This document shows, in pieces, positions 1 to 13,400 of a stretch of 64,000 bases of DNA (position 1 is the stretch's first letter; each line of letters opens with the position of its first letter). Position numbers and translations under genes: made by a program. Source of the stretch: Phormidesmis sp. (GTDB taxonomy: Bacteria > Cyanobacteriota > Cyanobacteriia > Leptolyngbyales > Leptolyngbyaceae); assembly GCA_965248535.1 (NCBI GenBank), contig CBDFJR010000005.1, forward strand, positions 1,952,001 to 2,016,000, read 5' to 3'. Below the pieces are notes generated by a model. The model was not told the DNA's origin and searched no databases. It was given only the letters and a program-made list of their open reading frames with translations.

Positions 1-1
1 C

Positions 2-1240
2 GCGACTTCTAAAGGTCAAAAGCGCGCCAAGCTGATCAAGCGCCTGCGAGTGATGGATAACTTCATTGCGACAGGTTCTAGCCCTGACTGGATGGTGTTA
101 GACGTGATTCCCGTCATTCCGCCTGATTTGCGCCCGATGGTGCAGTTAGACGGCGGACGGTTTGCGACCTCTGACTTAAATGACCTCTATCGGCGCGTCA
201 TCAACCGCAACAATCGTCTGGCTCGACTTCAGGAGATTTTGGCTCCCGAAATCATTGTCCGCAACGAGAAGCGGATGCTGCAAGAAGCGGTCGATGCTTT
301 GATTGATAACGGTCGTCGGGGTCGAACGGTGGTCGGTGCCAATAACCGCCCGCTTAAGTCTCTGTCAGACATCATTGAAGGCAAACAGGGTCGATTCCGT
401 CAAAACCTCTTGGGTAAGCGGGTTGACTATTCTGGTCGATCGGTGATTGTGGTCGGGCCAAAACTGAAGATTCATCAGTGCGGGTTGCCGAGAGAAATGG
501 CGATCGAGCTATTTCAACCCTTTGTGATTCACCGTCTGATTCGTCAGGGGTTGGTCAACAACATCAAAGCCGCCAAGAAGCTAATCCAGCGCAACGATCC
601 CACCGTTTGGGATGTTTTAGAGGAAGTGATCGAAGGGCACCCCGTGTTCCTAAACCGAGCGCCGACGCTTCACCGTCTGGGCATCCAAGCCTTTGAGCCA
701 ATTCTGGTCGAGGGTCGAGCCATTCAACTCCATCCCCTAGTCTGTCCCGCGTTTAACGCTGACTTTGACGGCGACCAAATGGCGGTTCACGTTCCCCTTT
801 CTCTAGAAGCTCAGGCAGAAGCAAGATTGCTGATGCTGGCTTCTAACAACATCTTGTCTCCGGCAACAGGTCGCCCGATCATCACTCCTAGCCAAGATAT
901 GGTGTTGGGCTGCTACTACTTGACGGCGGACAATCCAGCCGCTCAAGAAACCGCAGGGGGTTATTACGCCAACTTAGAAGATGCCATCAATGCCTATGAG
1001 CAGAAGCAAGTTGAGCTACACGCCTATGTCTGGGTGCGGTTTGATGGCGATGTCGATATGCCTGACATCGAAGAAGAGTTAGTGGAAGAAACTAAATCGC
1101 CCGATGGCATTGTCACCAAACTCTATAACTATCGGCGGACGCGAGAAGAAGCCGATGGCACCCTGATTTGTCAATATATCAAGACCACTCCGGGTCGCAT
1201 CATCTATAACAAGACCATTCAAGAAGCTTTAGCGTTTTAG
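2..1240 (+). CDS. rpoC1: RNA polymerase gamma subunit (5' part lies outside the window)
   Basis: Catalytic NADFDGDQM motif and [16 protein letters not shown]; frame is open from the window edge. Confidence 0.98.
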   Translation, partial: ATSKGQKRAKLIKRLRVMDNFIATGSSPDWMVLDVIPVIPPDLRPMVQLDGGRFATSDLNDLYRRVINRNNRLARLQEILAPEIIVRNEKRMLQEAVDALIDNGRRGRTVVGANNRPLKSLSDIIEGKQGRFRQNLLGKRVDYSGRSVIVVGPKLKIHQCGLPREMAIELFQPFVIHRLIRQGLVNNIKAAKKLIQRNDPTVWDVLEEVIEGHPVFLNRAPTLHRLGIQAFEPILVEGRAIQLHPLVCPAFNADFDGDQMAVHVPLSLEAQAEARLLMLASNNILSPATGRPIITPSQDMVLGCYYLTADNPAAQETAGGYYANLEDAINAYEQKQVELHAYVWVRFDGDVDMPDIEEELVEETKSPDGIVTKLYNYRRTREEADGTLICQYIKTTPGRIIYNKTIQEALAF

Positions 1241-1288
1241 GATTTAACCTTCAAAATCCGAAACAGCAAGCGAGGGCAATTTGAGACG

Positions 1289-1343
1289 TTGGATTTTGGA
1301 TTGCCCATTTAAATCCAAAATCCAAACTCTAAAATCCAAAATC
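1289..1343. repeat. Heptamer-type short tandem repeats (AAATCCA / TGGATTT) arranged as an inverted pair
   Basis: ttggattttggatt...aatccaaaatccaaactctaaaatccaaaat between rpoC1 and rpoC2; resembles cyanobacterial STRR-type repeats. Confidence 0.6.
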
Positions 1344-1362
1344 AGCACAGGTGGCGCACACG

Positions 1363-5388
<4,026 letters not shown>

Positions 5389-5425
5389 CGGCTAATAGAA
5401 GGCCTTGTCCAAAAGTAGTTCTAAT

Positions 5426-5458
5426 ATCCTCCCTGTTATGAAATGGGGAGGATTTTTT
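5426..5458 (+). terminator. Rho-independent terminator of the rpo operon
   Basis: ATCCTCCC...GGGAGGAT stem followed by a T run. Confidence 0.75.
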
Positions 5459-5486
5459 GTAGCTGACCGGAAGGCGAAACGCTATC

Positions 5487-7286
5487 ATGGTGCGATCGCC
5501 GCTAGTAGTGCAATCTATGAGCAATCACCTACTGACCATCCGAACCTTAGGTCTACAGCCCGGTCAAATTCCCGGCTATTTTGTGATCAGTACGGCTCCG
5601 ATTAACGTCGAAGATCGGTCAGAAACTGAGAATCAAACTGACCCAGAAATTTTAGTTCAACAAATTACTCAACACTTAAAAGATCACCCAGACGATGCCG
5701 AAGTGTTAGTGATGATCCATGGCTACAACACGGGGCAATCAGGTGCAGAATGGTGGTATAAAACGACTTGCGAATACATTTCTCAGCATTATCAAAAAGC
5801 GCCTAAAGGCTTATTAGTGATTGGTTATCGCTGGTCTTCAGAGAAGATTTCTGAAGATGAGTCTGGGAATTTTAACGATAAACTTAAATTTACTGAGCAG
5901 GCTTTACCCCGGCTGATGACTTTGATTTCAAAGCTAGGCATTGTCGGAATCATCGCGGGGTTAATCGGCACGATCGTCGGTTTCATTACCGCCCTCTCTC
6001 AAGTTTCTGGGTTAGAGATTTTATTGGGGTTTGTAATTCTATTAATTCTCTCTCTAGTGGCTATTTCGCCGATTTTAACGATCGCGGCGCTGAGAATCAC
6101 CGTTTACTTTCGAGATACGTTTCGGGCAAGCAACTATGGAGTCTCTGACTTAGTTGAATTCATTCGACAGTTAGATCAAGCTCTGGTGCCAAAGGCTAAA
6201 GATGGCGAACAAACCCAGTCTAAGCCTTGTTCCCAACGCCGCATTCCTCTGTCGTTTATCGGTCACAGCATGGGCGCTTTTGTCGTCACCAATGCCGTCC
6301 GAATTTTGTCAGATGTCTTCGATCCAGGATCGATCGGAAGTCTAGATGTCAACAATCGCAACAAACTGCCCTCATCTGACATTGGCGACGCATTTTGCCT
6401 AGGAAAACTGGTTTTAGTTGCGCCCGACATTCCCGCAGAAACCATCGTGTCGGGTCGAGCTAACACCCTACGATCGTCGCTGCGTCGATTTCAAGAAGCC
6501 TATCTTTTTTGCAATGAAGGAGACATGGCCCTCAAGCTGGCTTCGACTTCTGCTAACTACTTTAGCTTTCCGACCAAGACGCGTGACGGGGGCTATCGCT
6601 TGGGCAACGTTATGGTTAGAAATCGGTTATTCCGCAGCAACAAATCTCGGCAGGCTACGTCCACCATCGTCAATCAAGCTGAAGACGGGCTGTTAGTAAA
6701 TGCGAAGGGATCAAGCTTTTTGGATTATTTATTTATCCGTGAACAAAAGCCTTTATCTGAGCGACAGGCGCAAATCGGATTAGAAAAAAATCAGAAGTTG
6801 ATCGCTGAACTTTTTACCTACTTTGACTGTACAAATTACCAAGAAAAATATCTCGATCCCAAAACAGGTCAACAGAAAAAAGTTGGCATGGTGAGTCACG
6901 CTTTAGACAAGCCTTTTCTAAACTTTTGGGACTATGTTTCTCTGAGCTTAGATTTCTTTTCTGGAAAGATTGACACCCACGGCGGATACATTTTTGGTTC
7001 TAAAAATCGCCCTCAACCAGAGTTTAGCAAGCGGCTCATTTATGGGCTGAGTTGTCTGGGGTTTGATGGGTTTTTATCGACTCTCGCAACTGATGCTTTA
7101 TTTGAGCCATCGCTCGCTGAAGTTGAAGCGCTACACCCAGAGTTAACGGCCCTTCAGCAAGAAAAAATGGCTTTGCTGCAAGTTCTTTCTCACCTGTGCG
7201 GAGACAGAGGACTGCAAGTGCTGTTAGCCCCCGAACGCTACCAGGTGGATGTGATGGGAGAGCGGCGCGATCGTCAAGACTATTAA
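5487..7286 (+). CDS. Alpha/beta hydrolase (DUF900-like) with two predicted transmembrane helices
   Basis: VMIHGYN, GYRW, nucleophile elbow IGHSMG, LVAPD; hydrophobic stretch around aa 150-205; alternative ATG at 5517. Confidence 0.7.
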   Translation: MVRSPLVVQSMSNHLLTIRTLGLQPGQIPGYFVISTAPINVEDRSETENQTDPEILVQQITQHLKDHPDDAEVLVMIHGYNTGQSGAEWWYKTTCEYISQHYQKAPKGLLVIGYRWSSEKISEDESGNFNDKLKFTEQALPRLMTLISKLGIVGIIAGLIGTIVGFITALSQVSGLEILLGFVILLILSLVAISPILTIAALRITVYFRDTFRASNYGVSDLVEFIRQLDQALVPKAKDGEQTQSKPCSQRRIPLSFIGHSMGAFVVTNAVRILSDVFDPGSIGSLDVNNRNKLPSSDIGDAFCLGKLVLVAPDIPAETIVSGRANTLRSSLRRFQEAYLFCNEGDMALKLASTSANYFSFPTKTRDGGYRLGNVMVRNRLFRSNKSRQATSTIVNQAEDGLLVNAKGSSFLDYLFIREQKPLSERQAQIGLEKNQKLIAELFTYFDCTNYQEKYLDPKTGQQKKVGMVSHALDKPFLNFWDYVSLSLDFFSGKIDTHGGYIFGSKNRPQPEFSKRLIYGLSCLGFDGFLSTLATDALFEPSLAEVEALHPELTALQQEKMALLQVLSHLCGDRGLQVLLAPERYQVDVMGERRDRQDY

Positions 7287-7308
7287 TCTTCAGCATCCAT
7301 TCAATCGC

Positions 7309-9111
7309 TTAGAGCGGCAGCGCAAACCAAACCGTGGTGCCACTACTCGGTGAACTAGTGACTCCAATTTGTCCGCCGTGGGCTGCCACAATTTGGTGAC
7401 AGATAAACAACCCCAACCCTAAGCCCGTGAGATTGCGATTATCAAATCCTTTGAGATAAGGTTTTTGAAACACTTGTTTGCACTGTTCTTGACTCATGCC
7501 AATGCCGTTATCGGCGATCGTGCAGTGCAGTTTTTCTGGGGTGGCTTTAGCGGCGATCGTAATCATCAACCCTGGATGGTTGTGTTTGCAAGCATTGACA
7601 ATTACCTGGTCTAAAACTCGTCTGATCTGCCCACCATCCGCCATCAGAGTCGGTAGGGAAGAGGGAATCAAATTCTCTAGTTTGACTTGATTTTCGGTCA
7701 AGATAGGAGTCAATTCCTGAAGCGTTGACTGCACTAACTCAGACAGTTGAAACGGCTTGCGGTTGAGAATCAGGGCGCGAGATTTATAAGTCTGGCTGTC
7801 TGACTGATCTTCTAGCAGAGAGCGAATTAAAATCAGTTGGCGATCGCAGCTTGCCATCATACTATCTACGATCGAGCGAGAAAGAACGATCGCTGAATCT
7901 GATCGACTTTGCAGTTGTCGCAAAACCATTAAGGTTCCTAAAAGGGGCGTTTGCAAATCGTGAGTCACGGCGTGCAGCAGCCGATCTTTTTCAAGGTTAA
8001 GGTCTTGAAGCTGCTCCATATTTTGCTGAAGCTGCAAGGTTCGTTCTTCGACTTGCTCTTCTAGATCACTCGCACACCTTTGTACCTGCTGATAGAGATC
8101 GCCTTGTTGAATCGCAATCTCGACTTGAGTAGCTAACTTGTCTAGCAACTCGACTTCAAAAGCCTGCCATTGTCGCGGAGATGAGCACTGATTGATGTTG
8201 AGAACGCCGAAAATTTGACCCGCTTTCCTAATAGGAGTTGCAAGACTTGCTTTAATCTGAAATAGCTGGTAGTAGCGACCTAAAAAAGAGGTTTTCTCTA
8301 CCTGCTCAGAGTCATGATTGACCCGAATTCGGGTGTGCTCAAAGATCTGCTCGATATCGTGAACGATTTTGATGGGCAGTTCATTGCCTAAGATCGATTG
8401 CCAATCTGAATCGACTGATTCTGCCACTGTTTTGGCATATCCCCGATCGTCGAACTGAAAGATATAAACCCGATCGGCGTTAAAGAAATTCCGCACTTCA
8501 GCAACGGTGGTGCTGAGAATTTCATCTACATCTAGCGATTGACGAATGCGATCGGTGATTTCTCTCAAGAGGCGATCGCGTTGGGCAACGTGTTGCTGCT
8601 CGGTCACGTCTTGCACGATGCCCAGAAGACGGGTGTCGCTGACTTCAACCTGCTCACTCAGCAGCCGCTCAGATCGATCAGACGACACAACTCGATAGAC
8701 CAATGAATAGGGCTTTCGATCAAAAATGGCTCCATTGAGACATTGCTGCACCTGATCTCGATCGTCGGGGTGAACCCTAAGCAAAAAATCTTTTTGGCTC
8801 GGCGCGATCGCGCTGGGTGAAAACCCCAATAGTCGATAGTGCTCGTCTGACCAAACCCAGCTATCTTGATGAGGGCAGTCTTTGACCGTCAGTTCCCAGG
8901 TGCCGACTTGAGTCTTGTGCTGCACGGCTGCTAGACTGGCGCTCTGTTTTTGCAACAAGGCTTGGGCCTGCTGTTTTTGAGTGATCGCGATCGCCAAGCC
9001 CACCAAGCTCAACGCTAACAGGATCGTCACCCCTACTAGAGTTTGTAAAATCGACGCAATTAGTGGAGGATTGTTGGCAATCTGTTCGATGAGAGAAGAA
9101 CTCAGAGCCAT
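7309..9111 (-). CDS. Sensor histidine kinase (TM-PAS-GAF-HisKA-HATPase)
   Basis: PAS VHPDDR, GAF ADRVYIFQF, H-box THDLQTPL, DNGIGM and GLGLGL boxes. Confidence 0.9.
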   Translation of the reverse strand: MALSSSLIEQIANNPPLIASILQTLVGVTILLALSLVGLAIAITQKQQAQALLQKQSASLAAVQHKTQVGTWELTVKDCPHQDSWVWSDEHYRLLGFSPSAIAPSQKDFLLRVHPDDRDQVQQCLNGAIFDRKPYSLVYRVVSSDRSERLLSEQVEVSDTRLLGIVQDVTEQQHVAQRDRLLREITDRIRQSLDVDEILSTTVAEVRNFFNADRVYIFQFDDRGYAKTVAESVDSDWQSILGNELPIKIVHDIEQIFEHTRIRVNHDSEQVEKTSFLGRYYQLFQIKASLATPIRKAGQIFGVLNINQCSSPRQWQAFEVELLDKLATQVEIAIQQGDLYQQVQRCASDLEEQVEERTLQLQQNMEQLQDLNLEKDRLLHAVTHDLQTPLLGTLMVLRQLQSRSDSAIVLSRSIVDSMMASCDRQLILIRSLLEDQSDSQTYKSRALILNRKPFQLSELVQSTLQELTPILTENQVKLENLIPSSLPTLMADGGQIRRVLDQVIVNACKHNHPGLMITIAAKATPEKLHCTIADNGIGMSQEQCKQVFQKPYLKGFDNRNLTGLGLGLFICHQIVAAHGGQIGVTSSPSSGTTVWFALPL

Positions 9112-9284
9112 AAAGAGTCAGACGATCGTAAAGTCTTAGAGTTATCAAGTCTGGAGAGTAGAGTAGAGCAATCAAGTTTTACAGTAAGAGGCTTGTTCGT
9201 AGATCGCCTTCCCCCGTTTGGGTGAGCAAGAGGTTTAATTGTCTGTGAGAAGCTTAAGATCTGGTCAGCCGAGGCAAATTGGAG

Positions 9285-10034
9285 ATGGATGTTAGCCCGA
9301 TCGCGGTTGAGTTTCGGCAGGTGGCTTATCGGTTGGGTCAGCGCTCGATCGTCCTCAATCTCACCTTTAGCATTGAGTCGGGCGAAACGCTAATTTTGCT
9401 GGGTCGAAGCGGCTGCGGCAAAACGACGACGCTGCGGCTGATCAATCGGTTGCTGACTCCGACTCAGGGCGAGGTAATGGTTGAGGGCGTTTCGACTCGC
9501 GACTGGAACCCGATTCAGCTACGGCGGCGGATTGGCTATGTGATTCAAGAAGTGGGGCTGTTTCCGCACTTTACGATCGCGCGCAATGTGGGAGTCGTGC
9601 CGTCTCTACTAGGCTGGGAGCCATCGCGAATTAAACAGCGGGTGATGGAGCTATTGGAGTTGGTAGGGCTAGACCCCGATCGCTTTGCTCAACGCTATCC
9701 TCATGAACTTTCTGGAGGGCAGCGGCAGCGGGTCGGAGTCGCGAGGGCCTTGGCTGCCGATCCGCCAATTTTATTGATGGATGAGCCATTTGGGGCGCTC
9801 GATCCGATCACTCGCGTTGAGCTTCAGCAAGAGTTTCGGCAGTTGCAGCAGCGATTGGGGAAGACGATCGTGTTGGTCACCCATGATATTCAAGAGGCGT
9901 TTACGCTGGGTTCGCGGATTGGGTTGATGCAGGCAGGGGAGTTTGTAGTGATGGCCAGGCCGGAGGAGTTTGTGAAATCGACCCATCCTGAAGCCGAGGC
10001 GTTTTTGAGGGTGAGAGGGGCATGGAATTCTTAA
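9285..10034 (+). CDS. Osmoprotectant (glycine betaine/choline) ABC transporter ATP-binding subunit
   Basis: Walker A GRSGCGKT, LSGGQRQRVGVARALAADP, DEPFGALDP. Confidence 0.9.
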   Translation: MDVSPIAVEFRQVAYRLGQRSIVLNLTFSIESGETLILLGRSGCGKTTTLRLINRLLTPTQGEVMVEGVSTRDWNPIQLRRRIGYVIQEVGLFPHFTIARNVGVVPSLLGWEPSRIKQRVMELLELVGLDPDRFAQRYPHELSGGQRQRVGVARALAADPPILLMDEPFGALDPITRVELQQEFRQLQQRLGKTIVLVTHDIQEAFTLGSRIGLMQAGEFVVMARPEEFVKSTHPEAEAFLRVRGAWNS

Positions 10035-10650
10035 ATCGCTATGGCGAAGAGATTTTGCAGCGGAGTGGGCAGCATTTGTTTTTAGTGGTTACCGCCATTA
10101 CGATCGCGGTTCTGATCGGCATTCCCTTAGGGAGTTTTGATCACTCGCAAGCCGAGGCTGAGTAAACCTGTGATTGGCTTGGCAAATGCGATTCAGACGA
10201 TGCCGAGTTTGGCGATTTTTGGGTTTTTGATTCCGGTGCCGTGGATTGGGGGGATTGGGGCGAGAACGGCGATCGTGGCTCTAGTTCTCTACTCACTATT
10301 GCCGATTATTCGCAACACTTATTTAGGAATTATGGGGGTTGACCCGGCGATTCGTGAGGCGGGCCGGGGGATGGGGCATGACCGATCGTCAGCTTTTGTT
10401 GCAGGTGGAGATGCCGCTGGCGCTGGGGGTGATTTTGGGTGGGGTGCGGTTGGCGACGGTGATTGGGGTGGGGTTGGCAACGATCGCCGCCGCGATCGGG
10501 GCTGGAGGCTTGGGGGAATTCATCTTTCGGGGGGTGGCGGTGGTTGATAGTCAATTGATTTTGGCGGGGGCAATTCCGGCTGCAATAATGGCGTTAACGG
10601 CTGATTTTGCTCTGGGTGTGCTCGAACGTCGTCTTACTCTGAAGAAATGA
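10022..10650 (+). CDS. Osmoprotectant ABC transporter permease, two apparent +1 G indels (~10131, ~10375)
   Basis: Starts MEFLNRYGEEILQRSGQHLFLV at 10022, continues through the ORF pieces 10137-10547 and 10339-10650 (QTMPSLA, EAGRGMGMT, GAGGLG). Confidence 0.85.
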
Positions 10651-11534
10651 ATTTAAAGCGATTTTTTGTATTTTTCTTGCTGGCGATCGCCCTGGTTGCC
10701 GGGATTTCTGCGTGTAATTCTGGGGGCGATCGTATTGTGATTGGCTCTAAAAATTTCACAGAGCAAATCATTTTAGGGGAGATTTTAGCCCAGCAGATTG
10801 AACGCAAAACAAACCTGAAGGTCGATCGCCGTTTTAATCTCGGCGGAACGCTGATCTGTCAGCAGGCGATCACGTCGGGAGATTTGGATATTTATCCTGA
10901 ATATACGGGCACGGCTTACACGACGATTTTGAAGTTTCCGGCGATCGGGGATGCCAAAAAGGTTTTTGAGCAACTCAAACAGGAATATCCAGCCCGCTAC
11001 AAGCTGGAGTGGACGGCTCCGTTTGGGTTTAACAACTCGTTTGCGATGGTGATCAGGGGCGATGATGCCAAAAAATATAATCTGCAAACGCTATCTCAAG
11101 CGGCGAAATATACTCCTCAGTGGCGGGCTGGGTTTGGGTTTGAGTTTCTCAATCGAGAAGATGGGTTTCCGGGGTTGTCAAAGGTTTATGGTCTCAAGTT
11201 TGCTGAGTCGCCCAAGGTGATGGATCTGGGGTTGCTCTATCGGGCGCTGACGGATAAGCAGGTCGATTTTGTGGCGGGCAACACGACAGATGGGGTGATT
11301 CCGACGTTAAATTTGGTGGTGCTAAAGGACGATCGTCACTATTTTCCGCCCTATGAAGCGGCGGCGATCGTGCGTCAAGAAACGCTCCGCAAGCATCCTG
11401 AGTTGAAGTCGGTGCTTGATCAGTTGGGTGGCATGATTTCTGAGCAAAAGATGCAGGAGTTGAATTATCGCGTCGATGGTAAAAAGGAGGATGTCAAACA
11501 GGTGGTTCGAGAGTTTTTGCAGTCAAAATCTTGA
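10647..11534 (+). CDS. Glycine betaine/osmoprotectant ABC substrate-binding lipoprotein
   Basis: Lipobox ISAC, GSKNFTEQ, YPEYTGT, FPPYEA. Confidence 0.9.
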   Translation: MNLKRFFVFFLLAIALVAGISACNSGGDRIVIGSKNFTEQIILGEILAQQIERKTNLKVDRRFNLGGTLICQQAITSGDLDIYPEYTGTAYTTILKFPAIGDAKKVFEQLKQEYPARYKLEWTAPFGFNNSFAMVIRGDDAKKYNLQTLSQAAKYTPQWRAGFGFEFLNREDGFPGLSKVYGLKFAESPKVMDLGLLYRALTDKQVDFVAGNTTDGVIPTLNLVVLKDDRHYFPPYEAAAIVRQETLRKHPELKSVLDQLGGMISEQKMQELNYRVDGKKEDVKQVVREFLQSKS

Positions 11535-11536
11535 TT

Positions 11537-11568
11537 AGATCTCCGACTTCTAGAGAAGTCGGAGATCT
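11537..11568. repeat. Perfect palindrome (REP-like element or bidirectional terminator)
   Basis: AGATCTCCGACTTC-TAGA-GAAGTCGGAGATCT, a 14-bp perfect stem between convergent genes. Confidence 0.75.
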
Positions 11569-11576
11569 GTACCCGA

Positions 11577-11798
11577 TCACCCTTCACGACTGTCTTCTGG
11601 GGTGGGGTCGGCATCGCCATCAAACATGACGATAAAGCTGCCGTCGGGCATGAGTTGGCGCAAGATTTGCAGGTAGCCGTCGGCATCTGAGCAGTTGCGA
11701 CACCGAGCGACGATGATGCGCTGCATATTGGGAAGCGATCGCACGACTAACCACCTATTGAGGCGGTCTCGATAGGGCATAATAATGGGTGTCTCCAT
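11577..11798 (-). CDS. Small cyanobacterial hypothetical protein
   Basis: 73-aa ORF; YRDRLNRWLVVRSLPNMQRIIVAR resembles a recurrent small cyanobacterial family; GGAG-like RBS not evident. Confidence 0.6.
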   Translation of the reverse strand: METPIIMPYRDRLNRWLVVRSLPNMQRIIVARCRNCSDADGYLQILRQLMPDGSFIVMFDGDADPTPEDSREG

Positions 11799-11962
11799 TG
11801 AGTTTGGAGCTTAAGCCAGTGCTGAACTTTCCACGGGACGCGCTGGCTTTTCGCTTGTTTGAATATTATCACGCTTATGCGGATCAGTGATCATCTTCAG
11901 GATAGAAATCACTAATCAGCATACGAGTAGTGATTCTAGTCCGAGATCATGTGCTTGAACCT

Positions 11963-12224
11963 ATGACAAAAAGAATCACCTTGCCACCATTAGGCGAACA
12001 TGATGACGACTGGATAACAATTCTCGCGTGGCTTTATAGCCGCAGCAGATCAAGTCAAGCGGCTGCGCTCATTAGTGTTGGAGTTGCAGAGCAAAAAGCT
12101 GAAGTTGCAACAGATGTTGGACTATATGGCTCAAAAGCGGGCTGTCACCGTTGATGAGCTAATTAAAAGTATTTTGGGTGGGACGATCGATGACGATCGT
12201 GATGACTCGATTGATGAAGAGTGA
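11963..12224 (+). CDS. Small hypothetical protein (~86 aa) with one apparent +1 A indel near 12097
   Basis: MTKRITLPPLGEHDDDW... continues, after removing one A of the run, as LKLQQMLDYMAQKRAVTVDELIKSILGGTIDDDRDDSIDEE*. Confidence 0.55.
12189..12220 (+). repeat. 32-bp direct repeat, copy 1
   Basis: GATGACGATCGTGATGACTCGATTGATGAAGA; 31/32 identical to 12990-13021. Confidence 0.9.
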
Positions 12225-12237
12225 GAATCGTCAAATT

Positions 12238-12666
12238 TCAGGCGGCTTGTAATTGTAAAAGCAAAGTTTCCGTTGTCCATGTGGGGCAACCACAGCCGAG
12301 AAAGTCACAATCTTGCGTCCAGATTGCAGCATTCGTTTGTAGCGCCAAAGCAACCGTCTGCCAATCGTCAGGATCTCTAGGAATGCGTTTTCTCGCTTCA
12401 AATTCAACATTTCCATAGACAGCAGGCATGATTTGAATGCTGCCTTCAAGTAAACTTTGAGCAACTGCAAAAAGTCGCTCTCCACGTTCCGCAGAAAACC
12501 GATTTTGTCTCACCATGACTCGGATTCGTTTCTGAAGCTCGTGGTCAGCTTCTTCTGCAACTTTTTCGCTAATCAGTAGCTCTAAAGCGGGATTGGCGAT
12601 CAGTGCCTGGCCTCTCAGCCTCAATAGTTCCCCCACCAAAATATTGGCATCAACAATCAGCTTCAT
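12238..12666 (-). CDS. PIN-domain (VapC-like) toxin
   Basis: MKLIVDANIL, E..E helix, RDPDDWQTVALA, IWTQDCDF acidic PIN residues. Confidence 0.88.
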   Translation of the reverse strand: MKLIVDANILVGELLRLRGQALIANPALELLISEKVAEEADHELQKRIRVMVRQNRFSAERGERLFAVAQSLLEGSIQIMPAVYGNVEFEARKRIPRDPDDWQTVALALQTNAAIWTQDCDFLGCGCPTWTTETLLLQLQAA

Positions 12667-12925
12667 AGGGGAATGGTTTCTTCACGTCTAGAAGGTCGGC
12701 AAGTTCTTCTCTAGTCAAGCCAGAATCTGTTAAAAGGGCTTCGGTCGCTTGCTCAAATTCATCAAGCAGTTTGTCGAGTTCCTCCTTGTTCTTGCGCTTT
12801 TTGGGATAATAAGCGCCAATCACTTCACCGTTCTCTTCAATTTGAATCGGTTGATTGCTCAACAGATAGCGCTTAGGGTTTTGCTCAAAATCTTTGATGC
12901 TAACGTGTCTACTCGCTAGGTTCAT
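12650..12925 (-). CDS. Putative Phd/YefM-like antitoxin
   Basis: Directly upstream of and overlapping the PIN gene; VSIKDFEQNPKRYL...QPIQIEENGEVIG pattern; acidic C-terminus; alternative start 12976. Confidence 0.7.
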   Translation of the reverse strand: MNLASRHVSIKDFEQNPKRYLLSNQPIQIEENGEVIGAYYPKKRKNKEELDKLLDEFEQATEALLTDSGLTREELADLLDVKKPFPYEADC

Positions 12926-12989
12926 GACTGCATCGGCAATATGAAATATATTCTCATGGTAGTCCCGATCGCTCATTATCTGACTTGTT

Positions 12990-13021
12990 GATGACGATCG
13001 TGATGACTCGATCGATGAAGA
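12990..13021 (+). repeat. 32-bp direct repeat, copy 2
   Basis: GATGACGATCGTGATGACTCGATCGATGAAGA. Confidence 0.9.
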
Positions 13022-13069
13022 ATAGGGCGCTACTCAACGATCGCTGTAGTGGTTCGAGCTTGAAGGAAG

Positions 13070-13366
13070 TCACGATCGCGACGCGTGTTGCCAAGCAAAC
13101 TCCCGGCGCAAATCAGCAACGGTTCGAGGTTCAAAGGTTCGGGCTTTGGCGCGTTGTCGCTCGAGTAGACGTGCAGCGTTTTCGGGAGACTGGAATAAGT
13201 AAGCGGTTTCTTTGATGCTTTCTAGCTCGGCAGTGGGGATGACCGAAACGCTCTCGGAGCCTTCGCGGGTAATCTCGATCGCTTCACGGTGAGCGATCGC
13301 TTGTTCATGGGACGTCATGCAGAAGAACGTTGGTGGCGTCTGTATAAAGTCGTTTGAATCGTCCAT
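13070..13366 (-). pseudogene. Degenerate YefM/Phd antitoxin with no cognate toxin
   Basis: IEITREGSESVSVIPTAELESIKETAYLFQSPENAARLL is YefM-like; the N-terminus (MTIQTTYTDA-like) is readable only across indels; no YoeB downstream. Confidence 0.65.
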
Positions 13367-13400
13367 TGTCTGTCTGATCAATCTGTTCTAACAGTAAACT

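Noticed and set aside
8100..8600. GAF domain of the 7309-9111 kinase as a cyanobacteriochrome
   Set aside because: No Cys at the chromophore-binding position (reads TSFLGRYY).
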